A program made the position numbers and the translations under genes. This document shows positions 8,574 through 18,766 of a stretch of 64,000 bases of DNA, in pieces. Origin of the DNA: a bacterium. Lineage in GTDB: Bacteria; Electryoneota; RPQS01; DYHQ01. Position 1 is the stretch's first letter, and every line of letters begins with the position of its first letter. Below the pieces are notes generated by a model that made no database searches, was not told where the DNA came from, and saw nothing but the letters and a program-made list of their open reading frames with translations. The stretch covers positions 29,140-93,139 of the forward strand of contig JAUXGA010000012.1 of assembly GCA_030622545.1 (NCBI GenBank), in the 5' to 3' direction.

Positions 8574-11500
8574 TTGATTAATGCAAATTTTCCGACGGTT
8601 TCACCCCAAGGGGATTCGATGTGGTAAATATACACGCCATAAGCAACATCCAGCCCATCTTTGGAACGCAAATCCCACTGTTCCGTTCCCTCGTCAATGG
8701 TGACATTATGCTGAATCGTGCGGACAAGGTCTCCGCGGACGGTGTAGATGCGAATTGTGCAGTCCTTGGGCAGATGGATGAACGTAACGTTCCGAGGACC
8801 GCGACCCGAACTGTACGGATTGGCGGGCTCCTGAGTCGATGTCGCCAGATAGGGATTCGGATAGACCCGGATCCGGTCGAGCTGAACAGCGGCGTCGGTG
8901 ATTTTTGCGCCGCTGGTCGTGTAGCCGTAGCGGTCTGCCGCCGTGAAGGGTTGATAAAGGAAGACTCTTAGTGTATCACCGGAACGTGGATTCAAATCAT
9001 GTTCTTCGTCCGCGAGAAATGCCGCCGCCCAAGTGAGTACCGTGTCTTCTTCGAAGATGAGAATCACTTCCGGATATTCGACGCGTCCGTTTCGTGTGGA
9101 ATCCTTTTCCTGAAAGGCGAACGCGACTCGTTCATCACGATTCAGATTGCGCACCGTGAAATAGGTTGGTACTTCCGGCAGCACGAAAAGGTCGTACCAG
9201 TTGAAATATTTGGCGGTATCGATAACCTGATCAGAGAAAATTATTTCGTAATCCGCTACCCATGGGATTCCCTGCAGGAACACATCCGGGTAATTCGCGA
9301 CCCTAAAGGTGAAATCCAGTAATCGTTCAGCGGCGGCTGACGTGTCCACCCACCCGGAAAGCTCAGGGACGGAAATTGTCTGGCGGGGCGTTAAAAAGTA
9401 GAGCCGTTGGCCGTGGAACAGCGCCGATTCCTGAATGCGGAAATGTTGCTCGACACTATAGATTCCGGGAGGATATCCGAAGAGCGAATCATAATAGGGC
9501 GCAAACGTGTCGAAAATCCAGTCGTCAATCGGTCCGTCAACAAACGGCTCATGCCAGAGAACCGTGTCAGGCTCGGGCGTGCCGCTCAGGTCAATGACAT
9601 TGTAGCCATAAGCGCCAGCGCCGCTGTCATCGAAAGTCACCGCATATTCATGGCCATCTTTGATTTCGCGCGGGTCGAAGACTTCCACATAAATACTGCC
9701 CAGCGAACGACCCGTTATATGACGCACGCGCTCTATCTCCGGATGGGTGTAGCCTGCTGCCGGTGCGCGAGGGGTGATCTGAATGGTATTGACGTCCGTC
9801 GTCAGGTTGCCGCCTTCATCGAGTAGAATGTATTTACTGGTTTCCGCGGGGAAGATATTCTTTTCGACATCGCCGTGGTCATAGGCGCAGACCGCGTAAT
9901 AATACGTCTGTCCGTTTTCCGCGGTGGTGTCCGTCCAGACATGTCGGATTCCGGAATCGTCTCCCAAGTAGAACGACGCTCCATTGATGGCGGTCGGGAA
10001 AAAGCCGGCATTGCCGTTGTTCAAATCAAATTGCGCGATGGGACGGCTGAAGATTTTGCGGCCGCGACCGTCGGTAATGGTAAAGACTTCGTTGAAGCCC
10101 GGATCAGTTGCGCGGTAGATTTTATAACCTTCGAAATCGAAACCGGTCGTCGGGTCATAAGAATCTTCGGCGATATTATCCCAATAGAGCGTCACTCTCC
10201 CGTCGCCGGGAACCGCTCTTATCGTCGCTTTGTCTGGTGGTCTCGCGAAGTTGTAGTTTTCGTTATAAATCTGCTGAACCGTTGCCTTGTTGTCGATGAT
10301 ATCCGAGAAGTCTTCCCCGAAGAGCAGCGCCATGGAAAAGCGCTCCGTCTGGCCGGGAATCAACGGGAAGTAGCCCGAGCCATAGACAAAATCGCCGTCT
10401 TCAGGAGTTGGAGATACTTCATCGAAGCGGCCGGGTTTCATGCGTTCCCATAAACCGTCATCATCATTCATCCGCACAGCGCCCGGCGGCGAGAAATATT
10501 CAAAAGAAGACAAGCCAATCTGATCCGATTCATCCACATCCGTACGGTCAAAGTGAGGTTCGCCCGGTGTAGGAATGCCGTCGCCTTCGCCTTCGTCACC
10601 GGTCAAGCGAGCTCCATCCGCACCGACGTCATCTGTGAAAGGATCCCAGTCTCCATCATTGTCGATGCTGTCATCCCGGGCTTCGTCAATCATCAAATCA
10701 GACAATCCTCGACCGGTAAAGTAATCCACATATTTCAAATCCTCATGGTCAGGCATGCGTTCATCAATAAGCCCGTTAAAATTATCATCAATGCCATTCC
10801 GGGGATTTTCGACAACCGGTTCGCCTGCGTGTAGTCTATGCTGTTGGTCACGGACATAATAAACAAGAGGTCCCGGATCGGGAAAGGTCGTATTTTGGCG
10901 TTCATACGTATTGTAATCGATCAGAATCAAGTCGTCGCCCGGTTGGAATGCCATGGGCTGAATCATTTCATAGAGAACATTCGAGGTCAGCACCGGGCTT
11001 GAAGGATCCGGGCTGTCTCCGTCGTTGTCGATACCGTCGAAAGGATTGCCGGGAGATTCGAGAAACGCATAGCCGGCATAACCGACGCACTGCAAATCTC
11101 CGCAAACCCAGCCGGGAGAGCCGACGTCGTCGGAATCCCAAGAATACGTGATATCGCTCTGCGTATCGAACCATGCGAGGTCGTCGCGGGAATCTTGCCT
11201 GCCGCCGGAAAGCGTTCCGACGACCATGCCGAAGGCGACTTTATCGAAGGGGGTCGTGCCCACATTCGTGATTTCATAGAGCCAGAAGATACAATCTTCG
11301 GCGAGGAAGTGCGACCATTGCAAGGCGCGCACGAGGACGCGAAGGCCGCAGCCGCGACGGGTGGAATCGGTGGAATCGGGATAGAAGAAATAGTGAACAC
11401 CAGCGGTGTCGATGCGTTCGAACCATTCTTCATCAGCGTTGTCATCCATCTGGAAATAGGCTTCCTGATCCGCGCTGAATTGGTCTTTGCCGAAGTAGCC

Positions 11501-12025
11501 ATTCCAGCTTCCCGACCAACCCGGATCAAATTCGTCCCGCTGCCAACCCAGATCGCGTGGATCGATGTACATTTTATCAGGCCAAAAATCCGGCCATGTA
11601 TCCGGTTGGTTACTCACCGCGACTCGTCCGGGGTCTTCGCCAACAGGTTCTGCGGCGAATCCGGGCAGAGGTTCGAAGCCCCAGAAATTAATTCCCTGAC
11701 CGTCACCGTTACCGCGCGGACCGTCACTGGTGATAACCGAATGAAGCGTATCACCGCGCGGATGAACGAACTCCACGGCGACCAGCGGAGAAACATCGCC
11801 GACGTATTCGTTGCCTGTCCCGATAGGCCATTCTCCGGAAATCTCACCAATATCACCAACCAGACCGTAATTATAAAAAATCGTCCGCACTTTGTTGCCG
11901 CTCATGACATTCGAGTAACGGTAATTCCTGTCTCCTTTATAGTCACTGACTTGAGCGAAGAGACAAGGAGAAAGAAAGGTGACGATTAAAAGGGAGCCGA
12001 GGGCGATTTGCAGAAGACGACGCAT
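8570..12025 (-). CDS. Large secreted protein with TSP3-like Asp-rich Ca-binding repeats and C-terminal T9SS-type domain; candidate PorU-like partner of the downstream PorV-family barrel
   Basis: 1151 aa; signal peptide; repeats GIDNDGDSPD, DDSIDNDGDWDPFTDD, DEGEGDGIPTPGEPHFDRTDVDESD; C-terminal ~90 aa beta-rich with ...TIRIYTVRGDLV...YGVYIYHIES...KFALIK; 4-nt overlap with PorV-like gene. Size and order mirror porU-porV but no C25 catalytic motif was recognised. Confidence 0.45.
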   Translation of the reverse strand: MRRLLQIALGSLLIVTFLSPCLFAQVSDYKGDRNYRYSNVMSGNKVRTIFYNYGLVGDIGEISGEWPIGTGNEYVGDVSPLVAVEFVHPRGDTLHSVITSDGPRGNGDGQGINFWGFEPLPGFAAEPVGEDPGRVAVSNQPDTWPDFWPDKMYIDPRDLGWQRDEFDPGWSGSWNGYFGKDQFSADQEAYFQMDDNADEEWFERIDTAGVHYFFYPDSTDSTRRGCGLRVLVRALQWSHFLAEDCIFWLYEITNVGTTPFDKVAFGMVVGTLSGGRQDSRDDLAWFDTQSDITYSWDSDDVGSPGWVCGDLQCVGYAGYAFLESPGNPFDGIDNDGDSPDPSSPVLTSNVLYEMIQPMAFQPGDDLILIDYNTYERQNTTFPDPGPLVYYVRDQQHRLHAGEPVVENPRNGIDDNFNGLIDERMPDHEDLKYVDYFTGRGLSDLMIDEARDDSIDNDGDWDPFTDDVGADGARLTGDEGEGDGIPTPGEPHFDRTDVDESDQIGLSSFEYFSPPGAVRMNDDDGLWERMKPGRFDEVSPTPEDGDFVYGSGYFPLIPGQTERFSMALLFGEDFSDIIDNKATVQQIYNENYNFARPPDKATIRAVPGDGRVTLYWDNIAEDSYDPTTGFDFEGYKIYRATDPGFNEVFTITDGRGRKIFSRPIAQFDLNNGNAGFFPTAINGASFYLGDDSGIRHVWTDTTAENGQTYYYAVCAYDHGDVEKNIFPAETSKYILLDEGGNLTTDVNTIQITPRAPAAGYTHPEIERVRHITGRSLGSIYVEVFDPREIKDGHEYAVTFDDSGAGAYGYNVIDLSGTPEPDTVLWHEPFVDGPIDDWIFDTFAPYYDSLFGYPPGIYSVEQHFRIQESALFHGQRLYFLTPRQTISVPELSGWVDTSAAAERLLDFTFRVANYPDVFLQGIPWVADYEIIFSDQVIDTAKYFNWYDLFVLPEVPTYFTVRNLNRDERVAFAFQEKDSTRNGRVEYPEVILIFEEDTVLTWAAAFLADEEHDLNPRSGDTLRVFLYQPFTAADRYGYTTSGAKITDAAVQLDRIRVYPNPYLATSTQEPANPYSSGRGPRNVTFIHLPKDCTIRIYTVRGDLVRTIQHNVTIDEGTEQWDLRSKDGLDVAYGVYIYHIESPWGETVGKFALIK

Positions 12026-12065
12026 AGTATCAACTTTTTATTTGCTGAAAATGTTTGCTGTTTGA

Positions 12066-12129
12066 CCGCGACCGGAGGTCGCGGGTAGTAAAACAATCGC
12101 CGCGAGTGGGTGCCGTTTACCCCTCGCGC
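12066..12129. repeat. Two adjacent hairpin repeats (REP family 1 at 12066-12092; family 2 cgccgcgagtgggtgcc...ctcgcg at 12098-12129), probable terminator of the TonB receptor gene
   Basis: Family-2 17-mer cgccgcgagtgggtgcc recurs at 24601-24617; both copies form imperfect hairpins. Confidence 0.6.
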
Positions 12130-12178
12130 TTAATCCGCCGTGGTGGGTGTGTCACCCGCCCGGAATGGAAAGATTAAA

Positions 12179-14896
12179 TTAAAATTCAAACGAAAGACCC
12201 ACGCGCACTTGCCGCGGGCGGGAATACCAGTCGGGACGTGTCCAATATTCATCATGCGTGTTTATCTCGGGGATATCATGCGCGATTAATTCTTCCTGCG
12301 AATACGTGGCGCGGCCGGTGTCCCGATAAACATTGTTTTCGCTTTTCGTATCGAACAGATTCAAGATACTGGTTTCCAAAGTCAGTTTCAAACCTTGTCG
12401 TCGCAAGGGGATGCTCTTGTACGCAGATAAATCCACATTCCAGAATGAGGGTTTTCGACCGTCATTCTCGAAGCCGGTGCGGATACCCTGATATTCGGGC
12501 GTGTAAGGAAGGCCGCTGCCGAGCTTGGTGATGACCGAGAAACCCCAGTTATCCATGACCGCATAGTTTAAAATAGCGTTAAGCGTATGACGGCGATCCC
12601 AGTTCAGCGGAACAAGCTGCTTCTCCGGTTCGCGGTTCCCTCTGCTGGCATTATAGGCGGCCTGCGGATCCGAAGCGTTTCCTTCCGCGACCTGATAGGT
12701 GTAATCGACAAATGCGGAGAAGTTGTTGGCGTAGTATTTATCCAGCGAAAGGGTAATGCCGCGCACCTGACCAAAATCACGGTTGACGTACTGGCTGTAT
12801 TTATAGCCTCCTTGGAGACCGTAAATTTTGTCTGATGATGTCAGGTCTCGAATATCGCGCGCGAAAACGTCCACCTGTACCGATACGTTCTCGACAATTT
12901 CCTGCTGCAATCCGAATTCATAGGTCACGGTTTTCTCAGGGTTCAAATCGGCGTTGCCGAAAAGATTGCCCGTGCGCGAGTCAAGCTCGAAATCGGAATT
13001 CGTATAAAGGTGTTCGTAACGAGGTCGCTGGAAGAAATGCCCATAAGCGAAATGCAGCACGCCGCGATCCGAAATAGGATAGGCAATCCCAACACGGGGA
13101 GAAATCTGGAATTTGGGATCCACATCTTCAAACCAGTACTCGAGTCTTTGTTCGATGGTCTGCTCGCGCGCTTCCGTACCAATAGGATCATAAGGATTCG
13201 GATCCAGCGGGTTTGACAATATCTTGCCGTCCGGATTAAAATAATCGAGACGCAGCCCGAAATTTACGATCAGTTCCGGCATCTCAATCTTGTCCTGCAG
13301 ATAGATAGCCGCTTCGACGGGATAGTGAGTGTAAACATCATGCGCCGGATCAGTCGTCGGAGGAATGGATGGATCGAAAATGAGGGGTGTGGGAATGCCT
13401 GCGAAAACCGCTTGGTCGAGCGGGTCAGCGTAAAAAACTCCGGTTACATCTTTATAATGAATCTTGTGATTCTTGAATTCGAGTCCTGCTTTCAAAAAGT
13501 GTATTTTGGTCGCCTGCCAGGAAAGATCACCGCTTACTTCGTAAGTATCTGTGAAGCGATAGAAATGCTGATGTTTGGTGCCGCCGAAATTCAATGTCCA
13601 GGCAGGATTAATATCTTCATAAAGCGGATGAACGTACCGCGAATCCAGCAGGTCTTCATAGACATAATGACGATAGGATGTAAAACTGTTCGCCAGATTG
13701 ATATTGTAGAACATCTGAGCCGAAAGAACGTGATTGAGCTGCAAAATTTGTGTACGGCCTTTTCGGTATCGCTTGTAATCTCCCTCGGGGACAAATTTCC
13801 ACGAATGATCATAGTCTTTATAGTAACGGTCATTGTAAATTGAGGTCAAACTGAGTTTCATCTTTGGCGTAATTCTGAAAGCTAATTTTCCCTGACCGTA
13901 AGTGCGTTCATCCGGATTCATGGGAACCATTTCATTATCACCGAATATAGGAACGATATCCAACCCTGCTGAATCCGTAAAAATGATCGGATGTTCGAGC
14001 GCCCAGCGATTCTGTCCGTAGAGCCAGCCGTCGTCATAATTGTAGCGGCCATTGATAAAGAACGTCAGGTTCTTCATTTGAGGAACCGGCCCGGACAGGG
14101 AAAATTCGTAGTCCTGAATTCCCGCCGGAGAAACATCATCAATATTCATAAAAACATCATCATGCGTGGACAGGTAATCGCCTGCATAGGAAGCAAGCTT
14201 CCCATGATAGTCCTCTCCGCCTTCGCGTGTGATGATGTTCACCACGCCTGACATCGCCTGGCCGTATTCGGCGTTAAACGTGCCGGAAATCACCTGCAGC
14301 TCCTGAATCGCGCTGCTGTTGACTTCCGTACCAAAACCGCCGTCGTAAACATCCGTGACGGAAATACCATCCACACGGTAAACCACTTCGCCCGAACGCC
14401 CGCCGCGGAAATGTCCATCCACAACGCCAGCTTGAATTTCGATGACTTGATTAATGTTCGTGATGGGCAGCGCTTCAATCTCAGAGGCTTCGATTGTTGA
14501 GGAGGCGAAGGTGCGGTCCATTACCACCGCGGGACGTTCCGCCACAACTTCGACTTGCTGGAGCTCCATCGTTGTTGGTCGCAGTTCGAAGCTGATGTTA
14601 GTGGTGAGGTCTGTTTTTACTTTGACTTTGGTCTGTCTCTCTGAAGCGTAGCCGATGTAGCTCGCGGTGACGGTATAGGTTCCGGGTGGGACATTGATAA
14701 TGAAAAAGTAGCCATCTATGTCCACAGACGCGCCCAGAGTCGTACCTTCGATGAGCACGTTTGCCCCAATCAGGGGTTCGTTATCGGCGGCGTCACGCAC
14801 ATGGCCTGTAATTTTTCCTGTAGTTCCGGCATGGAGTCCAATGGTAAAAAATATAATGAAAAAGGTTATAAAAACGATTCGTTGAAAGAGATTCAT
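12179..14896 (-). CDS. TonB-dependent outer-membrane receptor (CarboxypepD_reg domain - plug - beta-barrel)
   Basis: ATG 14896 with GAGAGG SD (track start 14917 is TTG); MNLFQRIVFITFFIIFFTIGLHAG signal; GKITGHVRDAADNEPLIGANVLIEG...TYTVTASYIGY (CarbopepD_reg); C-terminal ...QVRVGLSFEF terminal Phe typical of TonB-dependent receptors. Confidence 0.8.
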   Translation of the reverse strand: MNLFQRIVFITFFIIFFTIGLHAGTTGKITGHVRDAADNEPLIGANVLIEGTTLGASVDIDGYFFIINVPPGTYTVTASYIGYASERQTKVKVKTDLTTNISFELRPTTMELQQVEVVAERPAVVMDRTFASSTIEASEIEALPITNINQVIEIQAGVVDGHFRGGRSGEVVYRVDGISVTDVYDGGFGTEVNSSAIQELQVISGTFNAEYGQAMSGVVNIITREGGEDYHGKLASYAGDYLSTHDDVFMNIDDVSPAGIQDYEFSLSGPVPQMKNLTFFINGRYNYDDGWLYGQNRWALEHPIIFTDSAGLDIVPIFGDNEMVPMNPDERTYGQGKLAFRITPKMKLSLTSIYNDRYYKDYDHSWKFVPEGDYKRYRKGRTQILQLNHVLSAQMFYNINLANSFTSYRHYVYEDLLDSRYVHPLYEDINPAWTLNFGGTKHQHFYRFTDTYEVSGDLSWQATKIHFLKAGLEFKNHKIHYKDVTGVFYADPLDQAVFAGIPTPLIFDPSIPPTTDPAHDVYTHYPVEAAIYLQDKIEMPELIVNFGLRLDYFNPDGKILSNPLDPNPYDPIGTEAREQTIEQRLEYWFEDVDPKFQISPRVGIAYPISDRGVLHFAYGHFFQRPRYEHLYTNSDFELDSRTGNLFGNADLNPEKTVTYEFGLQQEIVENVSVQVDVFARDIRDLTSSDKIYGLQGGYKYSQYVNRDFGQVRGITLSLDKYYANNFSAFVDYTYQVAEGNASDPQAAYNASRGNREPEKQLVPLNWDRRHTLNAILNYAVMDNWGFSVITKLGSGLPYTPEYQGIRTGFENDGRKPSFWNVDLSAYKSIPLRRQGLKLTLETSILNLFDTKSENNVYRDTGRATYSQEELIAHDIPEINTHDEYWTRPDWYSRPRQVRVGLSFEF

Positions 14897-15201
14897 ACGA
14901 CGCCTCTCGTGATGCAAAGAAACAGCAGGCTGTCCAATGTTTTGCCCAGTCTATATTAATAAAAAATTTATAACATAAAGTCAAGAGGTTTTATTGATTT
15001 ATGATAAAAACTCCTAATACCTCATAATCCAAAGAAAGCAGCTTTTGGATAAACAGGGTCTATTTATCTTATTTACAGGTATTTGTTCAAGAACACGCGA
15101 TTCAACTTTTTTTGTGGGGCTACGTTTTTTTGTTGCGGAATAGAGGTAGATTTAGTATATTTCAAAAACTAAAGTAGAATTGAGTTTTTTCTTGAGATGA
15201 A

Positions 15202-18200
15202 ATGGGTATTCCGATGATTAGGAAAGTTTGTTTTTCTTTGATTTTGTTGATGTTAGTTTCTTCGGTAGCTTTTGCGGAAGTGCTGTACATGCGTGGAGAA
15301 GCTCGCGATTGGCCTAAAAGCTCGTTTGTAGGTCGTGATGACGCTGGCGATGCAACGGAACCAGGCCTCGATTTATGTAATTTCTTTTTCGTTGATGCGG
15401 GTAATAGCCTCTTTCTTCGCTTTACAACGGTAGCGCCACTGACGAATGGCGCATCTTATTCGATTGAAATTCGCCAGAAAGGCGCACGGGATCGGCTGGA
15501 CGTTGTTCCCGAATTGCCAGGACTTCGGGCGAATCAGACACGAACGATGGTCGAAATTGCCCTGCCTCGCCCTCAAGGTTTCTCCGGAATTCAAGAAGCA
15601 ACCGTACGAGTTTTCGATGCAGATGGAATCCTTGCCGATGAGCTGATTTCGGACGGCGAAATTCTGGGCACGACCGGAAACTGTGCGTTTGCACATCATG
15701 GAAATCAAGGACTTACGTGGACAAATGTCTTCCGGGGCGATGACGAAACGAACGGGTATGACGAGGTTCTGGAAGTTCACCAGAATCGTGGCGTGCCGGG
15801 GAATTTCCACATGAGCGGGACGCTGATAACCGCCGCCGAATGGCACGACCGCGGTTTCAACGATTGGCTGCGGCAGGGCGTGAATAGCGGCTGGGTTTGC
15901 ATGATGGGTTCGGCTTTCGGGCAGCACATTATGCCGTTTGTTCAGCATGATATGAATGAATGGGCGGTGAGCACGGAAGATGCGATGGTCTATGCGAAAT
16001 ATAGCAATTTTGAAGCAAAGGTCGCGTGGATTCCAGAACGTGTCTGGTGCTCGCAGGGAATCTATCCGGACAACGGGATTCCTTCTCCGTGGCATGGCGA
16101 CTCGTGGCTCGGAGATAACTGGGAGCAGCACGGGATTGAAGCGATTTTGCTCGATGACTGGCCTCATCTGAACGGCTACTCGGATCGTAAAATTCACTGG
16201 GTGTCTAACTTAGCCGGAGTTACCTTGCGCGCGATTCCTATTGATGGTGATTTTACGGGCAATTGTCAATGGAATTCTGCGGCAGCAATCTCGCAGATTA
16301 TGGGAACCGGTCAATACGGGATTGTTGTCTATGGGACGGACTGGGAAGCCGCGGCGGCGCTGTCGGACTGGTGTACGGAAGACTGCCTGATAAACTATAA
16401 AGCGGTGGTCAATTGGTGTGGCGACAACTATCCCGCAGTAGAGGCATGGCGTCTCGATGTCGCTCTCACAAACTCGGATTTCAACGGTGATCTATCTGCT
16501 GCAATAACGTCGGGAACCTATGGAACGATTGGCGGGACGGATGGTTATGGCGGTTCGAACAATTCTTGGTACACCAATTGGCATGACGAAGGTTCGCATT
16601 CGGATCATCATACGCCGCAGTGGACGTACGGCGATGTCTGGTGGGATGCCTATAATAACTTGCTGGCCGCGCCCGATAACGACCTTCGGGAAACCGGCTG
16701 GTATGTGATGATGACGAACTTACATGAAACCGGCTGGCATGATTATATGGGTGGCCCGATATCAGGCTGGGAACATCGGTACAGCGCCCATATCAAGAAC
16801 GCGAATGTTTACACCGAAGCGGCACACTGGGCGAATGATGAATATGCCATCACGACGAACGCATACTTTTCGGATATTGACCGCGACGGCTGCAACGAGC
16901 TGTGTATTCACAACGACCGCGTCTTTGCGGTATTCGACAGCATCGGCGGGAGGGCGATATGGGTTTTTGCGAAAGGTCCCGGCGGCCATTTCTCGATTGT
17001 GGGGAATTGCAATGTCTATTGGACGGAAACGGAAGGTGACTGGGATGAACCCAGCTCGAATAATCATCAAGCCGCATTAGCGGATGTGTCTCCACACTAC
17101 CGCCACAACACGTACGATATGTATGTTGAATCTGTCACAGGCACCACCGCGGAAATCCGCATGGTGTACAACGATGTAACGAAATATGTTTCTTTAACAA
17201 CGGGTGAAGCGTATCTGGATTGCCGCTATGATGTCGGACTTCAGAATTGCTATCTGCGAAGCGGTTTCAGCCCGGATTTGCTGGACTTAACCTGGAATGC
17301 GGATATGGAGCGCATTTATGATCCGGAAGTCGCTTATGTCGGCTATCGAAATCCGAATACGGGCGCGACAGGATTGTATATCATCGGCAACGGCGGGGCA
17401 AACTGGAACTCGGGCGGCGTTTTTACGGCGACGCTTTTAGGTGGGGACGAGTTGGTGGGTTATCGTCAGTTTGGTTTCCTCCTCTACGCAGGTGAAACGA
17501 CAGACCCGGTCGACGGGGAAATTGCTGAGATTGAAATCTTGGCGGCTCAGAATATGGACTATTATGACCCGTGTGTGGTGAGTCCTGCGATTTTTGAAAG
17601 CGACAATCAGGTCAAGGTGCGTTTTTCGGAAGCGGCGGAGCAAACCACGGCGGAGAATATCAGCAACTATGCTTTCAGTGGTTTTGCAACGACCTATACC
17701 ATCGTCAGCGCGGTGCGTCAATCTGACTGGAGCAAAGTTGTGCTCACGGTTACGCCGGATTTCGTTCCCGGTGAAAGTGGGACCATCACCGTTTTGAATG
17801 TCGAAGATTTGAACGGGAATGTTATTGCTTCGGAATGTGATGACGCATCTTTCTCGATTCCATCAGGTTTCACGCCGCACACGATTATTATCGACGGTGA
17901 TTTGGACTTCGACCGCGAGAACGAATTCCTGACATCCGTGGGAGCCGAATCGCTGTTCTTCACCTGGGATAATGATTATCTCTATGTGGGTGTCAAAGAT
18001 AAGGATTTAAGCTTGGGCGATCTGTTCGTCAGCTTAGACATCAATTCCGGCACAACTTCAGGAGCAGATACGGGCTGCTGGTATCGTGTCTTATATACAG
18101 GTACTTTCCGGCCGGAGTATATGGTTGCCATCGAGGGCGGTCCGGATAACATGCAGATTAATCACTGGAACGGCAGCAGTTGGGATTACCTGCACCATGG

Positions 18201-18693
18201 ACAGCATGGCGGCTCAAGTTATAACGGCTGGTCAGGGAATCCATACACGGAGATGAGCATTCCGTGGAGTGACATCGGCAGCCCAACATCGCTGGCTCTG
18301 GCAGTTCATCTTTCGGAAGAAGATACTGAGGTAACGACGACGGTCTGGCCGCCGTATGGAAACACCACTGGAGATCATATCACGATAGCAAATTTCTATC
18401 GGCTTTTCGAACCCTACATTTCAGGGCCGATGCCTCTGATGGGTTATCAGCCCAAGAATACGCCGGATCGTGAACTACCGGGTGATGTCCTCGATATCGT
18501 CATTCATACACAAGGAAACGACCTTATCTTGAATTGGTCACCGGCGGCGAATGCGGATGCGTACATTATTTATCGAGCAATGACGCCTTTTGGCACGTTC
18601 GATTCTCTCAGCACTGTAACGGATACGACGTACACGGATATCGGCGCCTTGATTATGGACAAATATTTCTATCGTGTCAACTCGTCCAATTAG
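15202..18693 (+). CDS. Secreted GH57-family alpha-glucan-active enzyme with C-terminal Ig/FN3-like domains (no T9SS tail)
   Basis: Signal peptide; matches GH57 conserved regions: FAHHGNQG (HxHQP region), NFHMSGTLITAAEW, VAWIPERVW (WLTERVW nucleophile region), GIEAILLDDWPHL, AIPIDGDF; C-terminus ...AYIIYRAMTPFGTFDSL..YFYRV FN3-like. Confidence 0.6.
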   Translation: MGIPMIRKVCFSLILLMLVSSVAFAEVLYMRGEARDWPKSSFVGRDDAGDATEPGLDLCNFFFVDAGNSLFLRFTTVAPLTNGASYSIEIRQKGARDRLDVVPELPGLRANQTRTMVEIALPRPQGFSGIQEATVRVFDADGILADELISDGEILGTTGNCAFAHHGNQGLTWTNVFRGDDETNGYDEVLEVHQNRGVPGNFHMSGTLITAAEWHDRGFNDWLRQGVNSGWVCMMGSAFGQHIMPFVQHDMNEWAVSTEDAMVYAKYSNFEAKVAWIPERVWCSQGIYPDNGIPSPWHGDSWLGDNWEQHGIEAILLDDWPHLNGYSDRKIHWVSNLAGVTLRAIPIDGDFTGNCQWNSAAAISQIMGTGQYGIVVYGTDWEAAAALSDWCTEDCLINYKAVVNWCGDNYPAVEAWRLDVALTNSDFNGDLSAAITSGTYGTIGGTDGYGGSNNSWYTNWHDEGSHSDHHTPQWTYGDVWWDAYNNLLAAPDNDLRETGWYVMMTNLHETGWHDYMGGPISGWEHRYSAHIKNANVYTEAAHWANDEYAITTNAYFSDIDRDGCNELCIHNDRVFAVFDSIGGRAIWVFAKGPGGHFSIVGNCNVYWTETEGDWDEPSSNNHQAALADVSPHYRHNTYDMYVESVTGTTAEIRMVYNDVTKYVSLTTGEAYLDCRYDVGLQNCYLRSGFSPDLLDLTWNADMERIYDPEVAYVGYRNPNTGATGLYIIGNGGANWNSGGVFTATLLGGDELVGYRQFGFLLYAGETTDPVDGEIAEIEILAAQNMDYYDPCVVSPAIFESDNQVKVRFSEAAEQTTAENISNYAFSGFATTYTIVSAVRQSDWSKVVLTVTPDFVPGESGTITVLNVEDLNGNVIASECDDASFSIPSGFTPHTIIIDGDLDFDRENEFLTSVGAESLFFTWDNDYLYVGVKDKDLSLGDLFVSLDINSGTTSGADTGCWYRVLYTGTFRPEYMVAIEGGPDNMQINHWNGSSWDYLHHGQHGGSSYNGWSGNPYTEMSIPWSDIGSPTSLALAVHLSEEDTEVTTTVWPPYGNTTGDHITIANFYRLFEPYISGPMPLMGYQPKNTPDRELPGDVLDIVIHTQGNDLILNWSPAANADAYIIYRAMTPFGTFDSLSTVTDTTYTDIGALIMDKYFYRVNSSN

Positions 18694-18766
18694 CAAGCAG
18701 AACATCAAGATGGAAGAACCTCTTAAATAGTCTGGATGTGTTTTGGTTAATAAAAAGGAGAAAAAA

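Noticed and set aside
8570-12025. Confident call of PorU (C25 C-terminal signal peptidase)
   Set aside because: No gingipain-type His/Cys catalytic motif could be recognised by eye; kept only as a hypothesis based on size, neighbourhood and coupling to the PorV-like gene
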